A DNA stretch of 64,000 nucleotides from Cladosporium halotolerans (GCF_011745625.1 NW_027191455.1:868001-932000), one strand, 5' to 3'. Positions 11,809-25,904 are shown, numbered from the stretch's first letter. Notes: generated by a model from the sequence alone, not told the origin. Made by a program: numbers and translations.

Positions 11809-14558
11809 GCGGTTGTCTTCTTCGGGAAACGGTGCATATGGGAGGAGTAAGAGCGGCTTTTTACGCGCAGGCTAGCTCAATGATACCGTGTCAGAAGGCA
11901 CTTCCTTCCAGTCAATTTCTTCTCCACCGGCTGTCAACAAATCTCGAATGGTCTCTGGTGTTTTCTGGAAATGGCAGGAATACTATCAGGCTTTGGAATG
12001 ATTGTACACGCTGCGATATATATCCGCCTCTTTGGCTCGCCCAGCTTCAATCACCATGTGGATCAAAACGGCCGGGACTGTAGTCACAGCGAAATGTCGG
12101 GTTGTCCACACGATGGTGATCAATTAGATCTGCCGTACCAGAATACTAGATCTGATTCAATCGAATTGCCTGATTGCCTTCCACCATCGCTTTTGTTCAA
12201 TGTCAAGACCGCGCAGTTACTCACAGACTTGGTGATAATTGTCTCCTGTCTAGCTTCTCAGTCTGCTATCTGACATGTCACCCTCCAAACAAAGTCTTTC
12301 AAAGCCTTCCCGCCAATGCATACACTCGCCGATTATTACTGGACTAACTCATTTGCTGCGCCAAGCTCAGTCGATGGTGATCAAGATTCCGTATCCGAGC
12401 CATTAATTGTATTGCATTCATGCCAATGAGAAGGAAGTCTATTCTCAAAAGTGGTGTAGCCGAAACATCGATGTGCTAACCTAATCCGACTGGCGAGGAA
12501 AATTGCAATCCTATCCCGCTTCGCGACTGCGAGAATAGGCCAGGAGTGATCTAGCAGAAGGCAGTGATATGTGATCATTGACCGCTTTGCCAACGACAAA
12601 CACCACGAGGCTTCGTATCTCCAGGACAGACTACTGCCCGCACACATCGTCCTAGATTTCCGCAAAGTCATTCCGCACGATCATTTACTCGTTTCAATCA
12701 CTGCTGAGGCTCGACTGTAATCGCATTTATCAATCACCGTTCAGCAACAGCGCTCCTACCTCCCGGAATTCTGTGCCTTCGTATAAAATTCTCAAATCTT
12801 CCCATGAGCGCCATAGACATAACAGCTCAGAATCGAGCAGATGTCCTGTCTGCGTTCAATGAAACGACGACACTGGAGTGTGTGGATTCTGTTGGGCTGT
12901 CGCTGATATATACAGTCAGCATCAGAAGGCGGCGCTACACCGTAGGCGTTGTTCTATTTGCTACCTGCGGTGTCTGAATCAGTATCAGACCGACGTCCAG
13001 ATTTACTTGGTCGATGGGTTTCATGCTCCCTTTCCATCCAAATCTTGACGGTCGAACGGGTTGATTGAAACGCGATGCAATAGAGGAGGAGACACAAACC
13101 ATGGATACATCACGTGCGCTCGTGCTGATTTAGCAGCTCGCCATAACAACGAGGCGAGTCGGTGCTGTATGGCGCAGGCGGTGTGCCAACGGTCTAAGCA
13201 AAGCATCGCAGGGCTGGTGCGACATGACAGGAATCGTAGGCAAACTTGTTCCAGACATGTACATCCTGGTTGATTGTTGGCATTACTAACATGCTGACAG
13301 GATGCATCGATCGCTGCTTTAAGGTAAATCGCGTGCTGCCTGATGGCGTGCTGCAGAAGACTTGCAAGGAGCCCGGCCCCTGCAACTTGTTCATGATCCT
13401 GACAGAACAACATCATACCAAGAACTGAGGCATTTCACCAAGGCCAGCTCCACGTCCATACGTTAGCCCTACGCGCTGTTATCACAACGATCATTGTTTT
13501 AGCGCCCATCGCGTCGGACCCGGCGTGCCAGCATTCCGCCCTACCCGAACAGCCCAACGACAAGCTTTGTCCAAGCCCTTCGAGCGGGTGACGCAGCCAC
13601 TGCCAGGCACCGGAAGTCGCGTGCTCACTTGCCGTTTTCCGAATTTGCCCCCAGCCCTGCTGCGGATGGCTTCCAACGTCTGTGACACCTTGCAAATTAT
13701 CGCGCTCGAGGAATGGCGCACACAAACACGTCAGGCGGTTGGATGGCGGTTCATGACATTTGTGAGGCATGCGCCGTAAGCACAGGCAAAACACGACGTC
13801 TTGCGCTTCATTTTGCGGCCGTGAGGCATGCTGCAGAACCCGTCGGATTTCCTAGTCGTGTTTGGGGCCAAAGCGCAACGATTCAGGCCGGGGTTGGCTA
13901 CGCGTCATATTGGTCTGCAGTTCCTTATTCCTAGCCCGAAGTCTTTCCATGCTGCGATGCCGTTGGAGTCCGTCTCATATGGTCTGTGGCCCGAGTCTTT
14001 GTTTTCCCTTCATGTAGCATTTTCACCATCTCGTTCGTGCAAGAAGCGTGTTGATTTTGGCCGCGTTTTTAAACTTTCCAAGCCCCAAGCCCAATCTAAC
14101 CGCCACGTCCCGTCATATTTCATACTACCTTCCCCTCGCCAGCGGCTGCGCGGCGCCTCTGCACCTAGTCCACGCGGCCTTGGATTGCGCGAGGACTGCC
14201 TAGCTGAAAGGCCCAGTGGGGCAAGGTGGTGCGTTGTTGATCCGCCGATATATCTACAGCGCGGATCCCCGGCCTCGGTTGCTCGTCAAAACCTGGAAGC
14301 AAGTGGTCACGCGACACCGCTATATCTTGAGTGCCGATCATCTGGCTGCCATTGGTGTCGTCTCTAGTCGCCCGTAACACCATTGAAGACTCGAGATCTG
14401 AGGCAACCAACTAAACCTCAGGACGTTGTTGGATACGACCACCTTCTCGTGGCACCACCCCAGCTCGACGCTCTCTGGAGGTCTACGATTTTTTAATCGA
14501 TACTGGCCCAAGGAAGACGGCACGCTCTGGAAGCACATAGCCGACTATAACCAGCGCA

Positions 14559-15401
14559 ATGTCTTTGCTGAGCGTGCTGTTGCACTTCTTTCTGGCCCTG
14601 CAGCCCGCCGTCGGCGCACCGACATTAGCAAAACGCGATGCCGACTTTGAGAGTGTCAACACACATCTGGACAAGAACTACAACAAGAAAAGCGCCAAGC
14701 AAGTCGACAAGTACTTCCACGAGTCCACCTTCAACCAGCACTACGACGGCCGGTTTGGTTCCGCGTCACTCAACGACGAAGACCGCCGTAGCCACCTCAG
14801 AGCCTTGATCCAGACTTGGTTATCATCTATGCATGACATCGGCATGGAGACATGGCTCGCACACGGCACACTGCTCGGCTGGTACTGGAATCGCAAGATC
14901 ATGCCGTGGGATGCGGACCTTGACGTGCAAATATCCGAGAAGTCCATGTCGCATCTGGCCGACTACTACAACATGACCGTGCACCACTACAAGCTGCCAG
15001 GCGTGGACGACGGCCGCGACTTCCTACTGGAGATCAATCCGCGCTGGCTGAATGCAAGCACAGCCGACCGCACGAACCGCATCGACGGCCGCTGGGTCGA
15101 CACGTCGAGCGGGCTGTACATCGACATCACGACGCTGCGGCACAATGAAACCGCCGAGGCCGAGGGCATCGAGGATGCCATGATGTGCAAGGACCTTCAC
15201 AGCTACATGTACGAGCAGATATTCCCTCTACGCGAGACGACGTTTGAGGGCGCGGCGGCGCGTGTTCCGTTCGCGTATGCGGATGTCTTGACGGAAGAGT
15301 ATGGTTCTGAATCCTTGAGCAAGACGGAGTACCACAATCATGTATTCGACCCGGACGCGATGGAGTGGCTGCCTGTTCACAAGGATGAGAACGAAACCTG
15401 A
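14559..15401 (+). CDS. LicD/fukutin-family phosphotransferase (Mnn4-related), secretory
   Basis: Signal peptide plus KR site. LicD motifs HYDGRF, HGTLLGWYWN..MPWDxDLDVQ, IDGRWVD..GLYIDI and IFPLRETTFEG. Confidence 0.9.
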   Translation: MSLLSVLLHFFLALQPAVGAPTLAKRDADFESVNTHLDKNYNKKSAKQVDKYFHESTFNQHYDGRFGSASLNDEDRRSHLRALIQTWLSSMHDIGMETWLAHGTLLGWYWNRKIMPWDADLDVQISEKSMSHLADYYNMTVHHYKLPGVDDGRDFLLEINPRWLNASTADRTNRIDGRWVDTSSGLYIDITTLRHNETAEAEGIEDAMMCKDLHSYMYEQIFPLRETTFEGAAARVPFAYADVLTEEYGSESLSKTEYHNHVFDPDAMEWLPVHKDENET

Positions 15402-16004
15402 AGCTGGCACCATATGATAGGCGTCTTACTGCGGAATCGAATGTTGCCTATGTGCGGCCCCCACAGACTTCGTCGCCCGTGCATCAAGAGCTGTGACAAG
15501 AAGTATGACGGCCAGACGAACTGGAGGAGCACGTGCTCCTGAACAGGCGTCACAAACTTCCAGGTCCCTTCATTGCCAAATCTTGAAGGGGTATCTGAGG
15601 TGTGCGCTTTTCCGGACTGTATGACCCACTGAGAAGGGTCCGACCAGCCGGGTCCGGAGTGGATGGCGGTAAAATCAAGGAGAGGGTGGAGATACGGGAG
15701 CCTATGAGGGGAGGACACGCCATGTTAATCACAAGCTATCCTTGTTGGGTTCTCATGCCGTCTTATCGAGAGACCCAGGAAGTGCCGAAAAATAGCAAAA
15801 TGCGCACATCCAGCTCGGAAACAGGCGGCACTGTCAGCAAAAGCTGCAAGGTACACTGCATGCGTGTCTTAGTTTACCAAGATGTAACTTGATTCTTCCA
15901 TGCCCGGGTCGAGCGTGAAGCTACCGTTGGAGGCAAACTCGTTATGTAGACGTAGAGCCTAAATTCAATCGATGAGCGGAGAAGATTTGCACGTTACTTC
16001 ACGC

Positions 16005-16608
16005 CTAGGCAATCCCTTCGAATTCTCTCGTCGTTGTTGGGATACTCCACTCGATTCGATGTTTGTCTCCTCTTGGCCCATTATCATGACCCCAGTTCAC
16101 GACTATTTCGAAGGAGTAGAAGAGTTCCAGTCTGAATGCCGTCGCCAGCCAGACGAGCACCTCAGTCCAGGCTTTGCACGCCAGCCTCATACGCTGCAGC
16201 CCTATCTCGCGAACGCTCCCTAGAATCATTCGCAGAACGACTTCAAAGCCTTCCAATGTGAAGTGACACCTGAGCAGAACAAACATTCTAGGCGAAGACC
16301 GGCCAGCCACCCGAAGGAATTCAAGGACGTCAAGGTCGGCGTTGCAGTACTATGGCTGAACCCGTCTTCTGCGAGGTCCAGATTGAGAATCTTCAAGGCT
16401 TGTAACTCCCTCGCGAACTTGGTATCCAATGGCCGCATTCGCACGAAGTTCACGCTTATCGAAAGGGACACTAAGCCAGCTAAAATGGACGGCGGCCCCA
16501 TGGAATACAGTTTATAATTGACTGGGTGAATGACAGAAGATCACTGGTCGAAAGGTTGCTGATCACGATGTCCACCATCTCTGGCGGGAGTGAAAGAAGA
16601 GGCGCCAT
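16005..16608 (-). pseudogene. Fragmented F-box protein remnant
   Basis: F-box-like start MAPLLSLPPEMVDIVISNLSTSDLLSF (ATG 16608) stops at 16480. Leu-rich sequence continues in two other frames (16226-16501, 16005-16310). One extra base near 16235 would join LKSF|LRMILGSVRE. Confidence 0.55.
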
Positions 16609-16951
16609 CGAGCAAAGTGGCAAGTGCCATATGGCGTACTCGACGGTATCAGGTTCAGTATAATCGGAAAGCAAGCTACAGCATGCTGACTTGCATGGTG
16701 CTCGTGGCCGCGGTGTCGTAAACAAGACTGAGGCCCTGCTCCTCATGCAAAGCGATGTCCAGCTGCATTGGCAGGTGGATTCCTGAAGCTGTGCATGCCT
16801 GAGGCGCGAAACGTGGGGGCTGTCCCTGCTGCTTCAGGCAATGCGTCAGAACGCGAACTTCTCGCTGCGAGTCACTCGGAATTATAGAAATCGGGCCCGG
16901 CTTGATAGGACGTCCGCACGCCTTCACGAATCACATATCCACACAATCAAA

Positions 16952-18682
16952 ATGCCTGGACAACGAGGTCCCGTTCCAGTGCCGCTGCACAATGGCTCGC
17001 GCGACCTTACACTCGATATCCTCGAGACCCTAGAGCACACCGACCCCATCCAAAGCTCTACGACGTTCCCAGATGTGTCTCAGGCCGATATTAAGGCCGC
17101 ACTTGATCGGTTAAAGAGCAGGTCCATGGTCGAATACGATACAGCAGACAGCGAAGTTGTTGTTCTCACCGGTGAGGGCAAGCAGATCGCAGACGAGGGC
17201 AGCCATGAGTACAAGGTGTGGAAGGTTGTGAAGGACAGCGGCAAAGTGTCTCTGAAAGAGCTTCCGGTATGGATACGATCGCATCGATATGCGTGCATGC
17301 AAAGGATATGGTTTAGCTGACCCACAGCTGGAATAGTCGAAAGTCGCACCTGAATCGGCAAAGGTTGGCCAGGGTAACGCTTTCAAATTAAAATGGATCA
17401 AGAAGGAGGGCGACGATCTTGTGCCGGTCGCGGATACGGTCACAGACAGCACACAGGAGATTCTCCAGCATGTTCAGACACACAACGCTGCTTCCGACCC
17501 GAAGCAACTTAAGGATCTCCTCAAGCGCAAACTGGTCACCACCCAAAAGAAGATCGCATACACGGTGCGCAAGGGACCAAAGTGGGCGAAGGAGATTCCA
17601 GTGGAGGTGACCGATCTGACCGCTGAGATGTTGGAAGATGGAAGCTGGAAGACCGCCAACTTCAAGCCCTACAACTTCAACGCTCTGGGCGCCTCACAGA
17701 ACGCGGGCGCTCTGCACCCGCTGAACAAGGTGAGGGAAGAGTTCAGGAAGATCTTCTTCAACTGGGATTTTGTTGAGATGCCTACGGCAAGGTGCGTCCA
17801 AGATATCGATCAATACGCCATACCGGTTCCTTACTAACTTTACTTAGATTCGTTGACACCGGCTTCTGGAATTTCGATGCACTTTTCGTTCCTCAACAAC
17901 ACCCGGCTCGCGACCTCCAGGACACCTTCTACGTGTCAGATCCTCCCTCTGCCGGCCGACCAGGCCCCGACCCTGCGGCCGACAAAGCACTTGACGAGAT
18001 GGAGGCAGACAGCAAGACCTTCTCGGCCGACAGCTCTAAGGGCTCGAAATTGGACTATGAGCAGTACTACAAGAACGTTCGTGCTGTCCACCAAGACGGC
18101 GCTTTCGGCTCGATCGGCTACCGCTACCCGTTCAACGATTCGGAAACTGAGCGCCTTGTCCTTCGCACCCACACCACCGCTGTTTCGACCTACTGCTTGC
18201 ACCGTCTTGCCGCAAACCCGCGCCCCGCACGTTATTTCTCCATTGACCGTGTCTTCCGTAACGAGACTGTTGACGCGACCCACTTGGCTGAATTCCACCA
18301 GATCGAGGGTGTCATCGCCGACTACGGCCTGACCCTGGGTGGTCTGATGGATTTCCTGGCATCTTTCTTCCGCAAGCTGGGCATCACCAACCTCCGCTTC
18401 AAGCCTGCATACAACCCCTACACCGAGCCCTCCATGGAGGTCTTCGGCTTCCACACTGGCCTCGACAAGTGGGTCGAGATCGGCAACTCCGGTATGTTCA
18501 GGCCGGAGATGCTGTTGGCAATGGGTCTGCCTGAGGATCTCAGAGTCTACGGATTCGGTCTCAGTCTGGAGCGTCCTACCATGATCAAGTACGGTGTGAG
18601 CAACATCCGCGAGTTGCTCGGTCACAAGGTGGATCTGGGATTCATCGAGTCCAACGCCGCCGTCCGTCTCGACAAGGACTAG
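16952..18682 (+). CDS. FRS2: Cytoplasmic phenylalanyl-tRNA synthetase alpha subunit
   Basis: Introns 17267-17336 and 17792-17847. Motifs [63 protein letters not shown] and GLSLERP. Confidence 0.96.
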
Positions 18683-19139
18683 TTGCACTCTGTCATCGCC
18701 AGGATTGCCGAGGCTGTCGATTTGGGCTGGTCAGCTCGCCATTCCTGGGGAAGATTAAGATATTGAGATGTGCAATGAATTAGATAAAATGTAGACGAGA
18801 AACACGCCTGATTCATACATTTCTGTTTCTTAGCACACAGCTTCTCCGATTAAGTCTCGCGTTTTTATCTAAGATTCCTTGCTCACATATGGAGCCAGAT
18901 CACAATTATGAAGAGCAGAGCAGATGGCGTACATTTCCGGACGAGATATAGACGTCATGTGACCCCGCGTTGCGATCTACGCGGGCGTTTCTGCCTAGCA
19001 CGCGCTCATCTTGCGATAAGATAAGATCGGTCTGCTTCCTTCCAGTCGCAAGACCCTTGTTTCGTCGCAACCCATCGCAAAGGTTTCTTGCTCAGTGTGT
19101 ATTTCTGTCAGCGCCCTTTCACCCAGTCTGTACGCCACA

Positions 19140-21067
19140 ATGACCGGCCGGAGGTCTGGTAACCGCATCCGCGGCCCTCAGTCGGCCCTCACAGACTTTC
19201 TGGCTGTGAGTATCACGAGGTCGATTGTGCTTTTGCGAGGAACCGCCACTGACCCTGACAGGCGAACAACATCTCAGCCGCTCAGATTCGCGATGATTAC
19301 GAGCGCCGTCGCCGCGATGCAGAAGTGAACGGAGAGGGGCCCTCGAATGCCGCTGCAGAGGTGGGCGCGGCGGAAGAAGAGGAGGTGGCGAGCGAGCAAC
19401 CGGAGTCGGAAGCGAACAAAAAGAAGCGCAAGCGCGAGGAGAGAAAGGCCATCGATGAGATCAAGAACAAGAAACAAGCAGAAAAGAAGGGCAAGGGTAA
19501 GGCAAAGAAGAAGCAGAAGAAGAAGCACGGGTCCGACGACGACGATTCCGAGTATGAGAACGAGCTTGGAAACGAGATGTATAAGAAGGCGCGGCCGGCT
19601 CCTGGACAATTCGAGCATTGCGAAATCTGCAGCAAGCGCTTCACTGTCACGCCGTACAGCAAGACAGGTCCTGAGGGCGGTCTGCTGTGCACGCTTTGCG
19701 GTAAGGAGCTGGCCAAGGACGAGAAGGCGGCTAAGAAGCCCGCGAACAAGCCCGCTGGTCGCAAGCGCCGCAAGTTGGAGAGTGATCGGCTGGACGGTTT
19801 CGCAGTTGGAGGCGCAAAGTCGCTCCAGCAGATCTGCATCGAGACAGTTGCGAAATACCACGACGATATCGAAGAGCTTGGAGACATGCCGGCGCCGATT
19901 GTCGAGCGACTCAGCGAGATCTTTTCCAAGAAGCGTATGCTCAAGCCGAAGACCTTGCCTCTCTTCCTTCGCCCGGATCTTGAGGAGGTCATCTTACACG
20001 ATGCTGCATATCTCGAGGTTGAAGACTATAAGCAAATCTTCGCGGTTGTGCCAAACGTCCGAACGCTCGTTTTAGGTAACGCATGCCAGATGAAGGATGA
20101 GGCCATGGCATATATGCTAGACAAGTGTCACAATCTGCAGCATCTGCAGATGTACGCTCCAAACCTGGTGACCAATGCTATGTGGCAGCGGTATTTCGAA
20201 GCCGCTGGAGGAAAGCTGCAGACAGTGAAGCTGAAATGGCTGGACGCAGCTTTCGAGGACGATACCGTGCAGACCATGGCCACTCATTGCCCGGATCTCA
20301 GGCGGCTCAAATTGAAACTCTGTCGACGCATTGGCGAGCAAGCAGTCAATGCCATTGCCACGATGCCTCGACTTGAGCATCTGTCCCTTCAGATTGGCCG
20401 AGATATCTCTGCTGAGATCATCGTCAACCTTGTCAAACAACGCGGAGACAATCTGCGTACGCTGTCTCTTGAGAAGTTCTTGGATGCTGACGATACTGTG
20501 TTGGAAACTATCCACGACCACTGTCATCGCCTTTCAAAATTGCGGTTCTCGGAGAACGACACTGCATCCAACGCTGGTTACACAAAGCTTTTCACCGAAT
20601 GGAAGAACCCGCCTCTGTCCTTTGTGGATGTCAATGGCACCCGCGACGTCGATAATAACAATCCCGACGGTCCTGAGGAAGCCATTGGCGTGTCCAGCTC
20701 GGCTTTCAAGGCATTGATGAAGCATTCGGGCTCAAACCTCAAGCATCTCGACATCTCATCCTGCCGTCACATCGAGCTCAGTGCGTTCATCGATGTCTTC
20801 AATGGTGCCGAGTCATATCCTATGCTCGAGCACATCAATCTCAGTTTCTGTAGCCGGGTTGACACGACCGTCGTCGCCGGCATCTTCAAGAGCTGTCCTT
20901 CATTGAAAAAGCTAGTCGCTTTTGGTTGTTTCGACGTGGCAGACGTGGTGGTGCCGCGCAACATTGCGCTCATTGGCGTGCCAAGAGCACAGGATGCCAT
21001 TGAACAGTTCGGTGTGGGCATTGATGTCGATGAAGCTTTGGGTCGAATGATCGAAGTTGGAGCTTGA
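19140..21067 (+). CDS. RAD7: Nucleotide-excision-repair LRR protein Rad7
   Basis: N-terminus RIRGPQSALTDFLA|ANNISA (intron 19206-19261), CxxC..RFTVTPY..LLCxxC zinc motif, SLQQIC elongin-box-like segment and leucine-rich repeats. Confidence 0.88.
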
Positions 21068-21245
21068 AGAACCGAGCTCTTACGCCGTTGCCTTTTTGTT
21101 TTCTTTGGTCCTGAAAGGCGTTCGGAGGATCCAGATACCCAAGTGGCTCAGCGTCAAGATAATATTGGGTTCCCGATGCAGGTGATAACAGACACCTCGA
21201 TGAAAGTTCTTTGAATCAAGTTCACTTCTAATCTCATGATCTTCT

Positions 21246-21766
21246 TTATTTCCCTACTCCTCTGCCCGCCACCTCGGCTGCTGCCGCTTCAGCCATGCTC
21301 TTAAGCATATGCACCACAGTCATCTCTTTCCCTTCAGGAACAAATCTTTTCAAGATGCATCAGTGAATCACTCCCCTACCATCACTCTCTTTCACGCGTC
21401 AACTCACAGATGATCATGGTAAAATCCGCTCACAGGATTAATCCCCATCCCCGCCTCCGCCAACCGCGTCGTCACCGCCGCCGTGAACCCCACCGCATCT
21501 AGACTCGACTGCACACCCAGCGTCACTTTCCGGCATGGGAACACCGCTTCTAACCCTAGCGCTGCGGCAGTCGATGGCTCGGCGATCAAGGTCCAGCCTT
21601 CGCTCTCGCGGAAGAGCATTTCGAAGGGATGCGAGCCGAGCTGTGAGGGGATTGAGGTGGTGGAATTTGGGATTGTGGCGAAGACGTAGCTGCCGGGTTG
21701 GAGGATGGGGGCCATCGATGCGATTAGGGAGGGGAGAGAGGTCGTTCCTGGGGCTTGGGCTGCCAT
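21246..21766 (-). CDS. ACT-domain protein (DUF2241-like)
   Basis: Motifs SMAPILQPGSYVF, FRESEGWTLI, SSLDAVGF and NPVSGFYHDHL|FVP, with intron 21346-21407 (GTGAGT..CTGAT..AAG). Confidence 0.85.
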
Positions 21767-23047
21767 GTCGTGCGATTCGCTGGAAGTTTGGTGGGCGGTT
21801 TTATTGGAAAGGTTGAATGATTTGTGAAAAGATCGAAGAAGAGTTATGTTGGCTTCAAAGCGCCCGTTGCAAAGGGCGTACCGTTGTAGTTGCGGTGGCC
21901 GCGGAGCCCGAGTGCTTCCACAGCTGGTTTGATAGCTTGCTGGCTGTGTCGGACTTTGCTCCACAGTACTAAGAGTACTTCGGGCAACCGTAAATCGATA
22001 TCATCTTCATGTATCGAGATTTAGGCGTTGCTGTGCATCGGTAACCCCGCTGTTGTTCGGAGGGTGCTGCTGCATTGGTTGATGAACAACCCTCTTCTAA
22101 AGCGCTGCCCTCAGGCCTACCTTCGGTTTGCCCGTTGAAGGCTGGGAAGAGATCGCTCGCTCCAGGGAATTGAGATCATGCGTTGCAGCGCGCAGTTTGG
22201 TCCTTGCGATCATGGATTCCACCGACTTCGCATTGAGATCTAGATGTTCGGCTATCTTCTTCAGCTTCACCCCCTGTTGAGAAGAGGATGCGATCGCGAC
22301 GTGGCGTTTCTAAAAAGGGATGTGAACGCCTCTTGCCATTTTGAAACTTAGCAGCTGGGTTCGATTTTGATGTGTGTCTATTCCGAAATCAAAAGAGAAC
22401 GAATACCTTATATTGCTTCCGGTTTATTGAAGAACTGGCATGACTTTGTAACCTTATGGTGACGTTGTTGGTCCCTGCTGGGCTGGTGGGAGCTCTCCGC
22501 AAACTGCACAGTCGCGTCCTTTACGATTCTTACAATGCATCGCCAACGAATCGGCACCATTACAACAGCCTTGACACGGCAGGCATCTGCAGCACAGGTG
22601 CCGACCATTTCTACTACCGCATCAGGCACCTCGGCTGGCACCCGAGGGTTTCTCGAGCATCGTGCGAGGAAGAAGCTTGAATCATTCCAAGCCCCTCGTG
22701 AACCCCTCACTGTCAGCCAAAAGATCTCCCCGCTCTCTCCGCAATGCTCCAACTCCACCACAGCTCCAACTCGCCTCGGCTCAACGACAGGCCCTCCTTG
22801 CGGCGACGCGGATGGCAGTTCGTTCCGAGATCCATACGAGGAGATGGTAGGGTTGGCAGCAATCAATAGATAAGTGGCGCTCCGCGTATCGTACTTCTTT
22901 CCTTCAGACCTGCAGATTCCCCCTGCACGCATCCTACAATACCTACGTGTCAAAGAAGCAGCCCGGTTGTTTGTTTCAGCCCCAGCTCTTTCTGTTTCTG
23001 CATTCCCAATCTCATATTCACAACTCAATTGCAGCTTATAACCAACA

Positions 23048-24254
23048 ATGACCGAGCTACCAAGGACCTACAAGGCGTGCGTGTACGATGAGCCGGGCAA
23101 GATTTCGACAAAGGTCGTCGACCTCGACATGCCAGAGCCGGGTCCTGGCGAGGTTCTAATCAACCTGTCAGTCAATCCAATCGCACTGTCCACACTCACC
23201 CCGGACCAAGCTCACATGTAAAACTCCCAGCACCCACTCCGGCGTCTGCCACTCCGACCTAGGCATCATGACCAACCGCTGGGTCTCGCTCCCCGCCCCC
23301 ACACAGCCCGGACAAGTCGGCGGCCACGAAGGCATTGGCCACATCGTCAAGATGGGCGCCGCGACCGAGTCCAGCGCAGTCAAAGTCGGCGACCGGGTTG
23401 GAATCAAGTGGCTCAGCGGCATCTGCGGCAGCTGCCCGCCCTGCCTGTCCGGCCACGACGGGCAATGCTTCGGCCAGAAGATCAGCGGATATTATACCCC
23501 TGGCACGTTCCAGCAGTATGTCGTCGGACCGGCCAATTACGTGACTCCTGTTCCAGAGGGTCTGGATAGCGCAGCTGTTGCCCCCATGCTCTGCGCTGGT
23601 GTTACGGTTTACAGCGCGCTGAGGAAGTCGGGTGCGAAGAGCGGCGACTGGATCGCGCTTCTCGGCGCGGGCGGAGGGGTAAGTGGTCTTCAAACGCCTT
23701 TAGAGACGCCACAGCACAGACGCAAAGACTGATCGACTCGTCTCTAGCTGGGCCATCTCGCCGTGCAAATCGCCGCCCGCGGCATGGGCATGCGAGTCAT
23801 CGGCATCGACGCCGGCAACAAGAAAGACCTCGTGCTCGAATGCGGCGCCGAAGTCTTCATCGACCACACGCAGGGCCAGGCCGAAGAGGAAGTCAAGAAA
23901 GCGACCGGCGGGCTAGGCGCGCAGGCCGTGCTGGTCCTGACGGCCGCGAACGCGGCCTACGCGTCCGGCATGGGCCTGCTGCGGTACGGTGGCACGCTGG
24001 TCGTCGTCGGCCTGCCGGAGGGCGAGATGAAGCCGATCGCGACGGCGTTCCCGTCGATTATTGTTGCGAAGGCGCTGAATATTGTTGGTGTGGCGGTGGG
24101 TGATCGCAGGGATGCGATTGAGACGCTGGCTTTCGCTGAGAGGGGCGTGGTGAAGACGCACTTCCGCACGGCGAAGATGGAGGAGCTGACGGCGGTGTTT
24201 GAGGAGATGGAGAGTCAGAAGCTGCAGGGTAGGGTTGTGCTAGATTTGAGGTAG
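23048..24254 (+). CDS. Zinc-dependent alcohol dehydrogenase (Adh1/AlcA-like MDR)
   Basis: Introns 23167-23230 and 23679-23747. Motifs SGVCHSD, GHEGIG, CGSCPPC...C, APMLCAGVTVY, GAGGGLG and GRVVLDL. Confidence 0.93.
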
Positions 24255-24497
24255 GTGGGGTTGCGGGTATGTAGGATCAGGACCTTGATGAACAGAAGCA
24301 CTTGGAGCTTGACGCAAACGTAAGACGACGCAGGCGCAAGGAGGGATCGTGGTCTGTCAGTCTATGATGAGAAACAATAACTGCCTTGTGGTTACGAAGT
24401 ACCTGTCGCTTTTCTCAGCTATTCTTTAACCCTTTTCCATCCTATTCTTTTCTGGACTGCGCGAGCGCCTCCAATTCGCAAGCACTTGCCATTGGTA

Positions 24498-24527
24498 TCA
24501 CGTGACTCTATGTATACACCACGTGAC
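24498..24527. promoter_or_regulatory. Paired CACGTG E-boxes (bHLH site candidates)
   Basis: TCACGTGAC at 24498-24506 and CCACGTGAC at 24519-24527, 21 bp apart, upstream of the GH63 gene. Confidence 0.3.
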
Positions 24528-25904
24528 GTACGTGGGGCCGGATGGATACTACTGAGAGGATACTAGCAAGAGCCGAAAAAACCACATATCCAAGTTCGTG
24601 AAGATGCGACGGTCGCTTATTATTAGATCAACTGTACCTGTCTTTACATCTAGTAGCTTTTGAAAAGAACTTTGAAAACCTGCATACATGTCCAGAGTTT
24701 TCGCTCACTTCATGAACTCTCATAAATCATGAATAGGCCTCATTGCGCGACTCGGAAACCCAGCGCTTCCAAGACCTCGACGCTCAAGGCATCGGACGAT
24801 GTAGCAGCAAACCCATGCACGGTCCTCGGAGGAATCACTCTAGACCAGGTGAAATGACGTCCACGGTCGGGTGTCATCGCGGCCGCCCGCATGTTCGCGC
24901 CGAGCAAGGCGCATCCTGCGTCACGTGCTTTGGGGCGTGGAGGAGAGGTGGTTCGGTTTGGAGACTCCGCAGTCTCTCTCAACGAAGAGTGGAGCCCGGC
25001 GTCTGCCACCAGCCGTGGGGGCGTTGTGGGCGCTGGTGCGGTCTGGCCTGCTGTAGCGAGGCATCACTACGTAGCTAGACATCTAGTTGGGTGGTAAGTA
25101 CCTCACCTTGTTACTATTACGACGTGTTGCTGTAGGCTTAGCCGTGGTACGGCGTGCGTTGGCGTGTGCATGTCCGCCAGCCATGCACGTGTGTTGCCGG
25201 GATGCATGCAGAGGCGGGTGCGGCTCAAGCGAAGTCACGCCCGCCCGCGTCGTCAACATTCAGTGCGAAGGGATGGTCTGATGGCGGTTTGAGAAATGGA
25301 TGCGCGCCCACGTCGAAATTCGTGGGAGCAGGCAGGGCGTTCACGCGAGGTGGCGGACTCGTTGGTGGCAGCGTTGCTCCGATGGGAAAGTGAGCGGGCG
25401 ATCTGGAGGGGCGGTTGAGGCTGCGTCGGCGGCGATAAGCCTGCGCTACTGCCGCCAAACCACCACCACGCCCATCGCCCGCCGGCCTGCACGGGTGGAT
25501 TTTCAGGCACGTCAGATACCTGGCGGCGGAGGGCAAGAGCTGCGGCGCGTGCTGAAGAAAGACACACCCGTCGCCTGCCTGCTTGACTCTTCCTGTCGTC
25601 TCGTAAACACCGTCTCTCCACCTCTTCCACCATCCCGCTTCACCGCCGCATCACCACAACTCGCATCCGGCATTGCGCCTCAGCAGTCTTACTCACCAGC
25701 CTCTCGCGTGCGCTGTCGATCTGCAGCGTCGCGAGCTACCCACCTGCCTGCATTTTCTTCTCTCGTACCGCGCATTGCTTCGCTCGTTGCCATCTTGCAT
25801 CTAATCGGCTTCTGATCCTACCGCACCGTCAAAAGCGTGCCATTGTGCACCATTGAACCACCTAGCTAGAGTATACTCGTCCCGGAAGCGGCTACTCTGC
25901 CACC

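Noticed and set aside
21549..21559. CTAACCCTA telomere-like motif
   Set aside because: Antisense within the ACT-domain coding exon; chance match.
22408..23028. ORFs upstream of ADH
   Set aside because: No recognisable motifs; probably promoter sequence.
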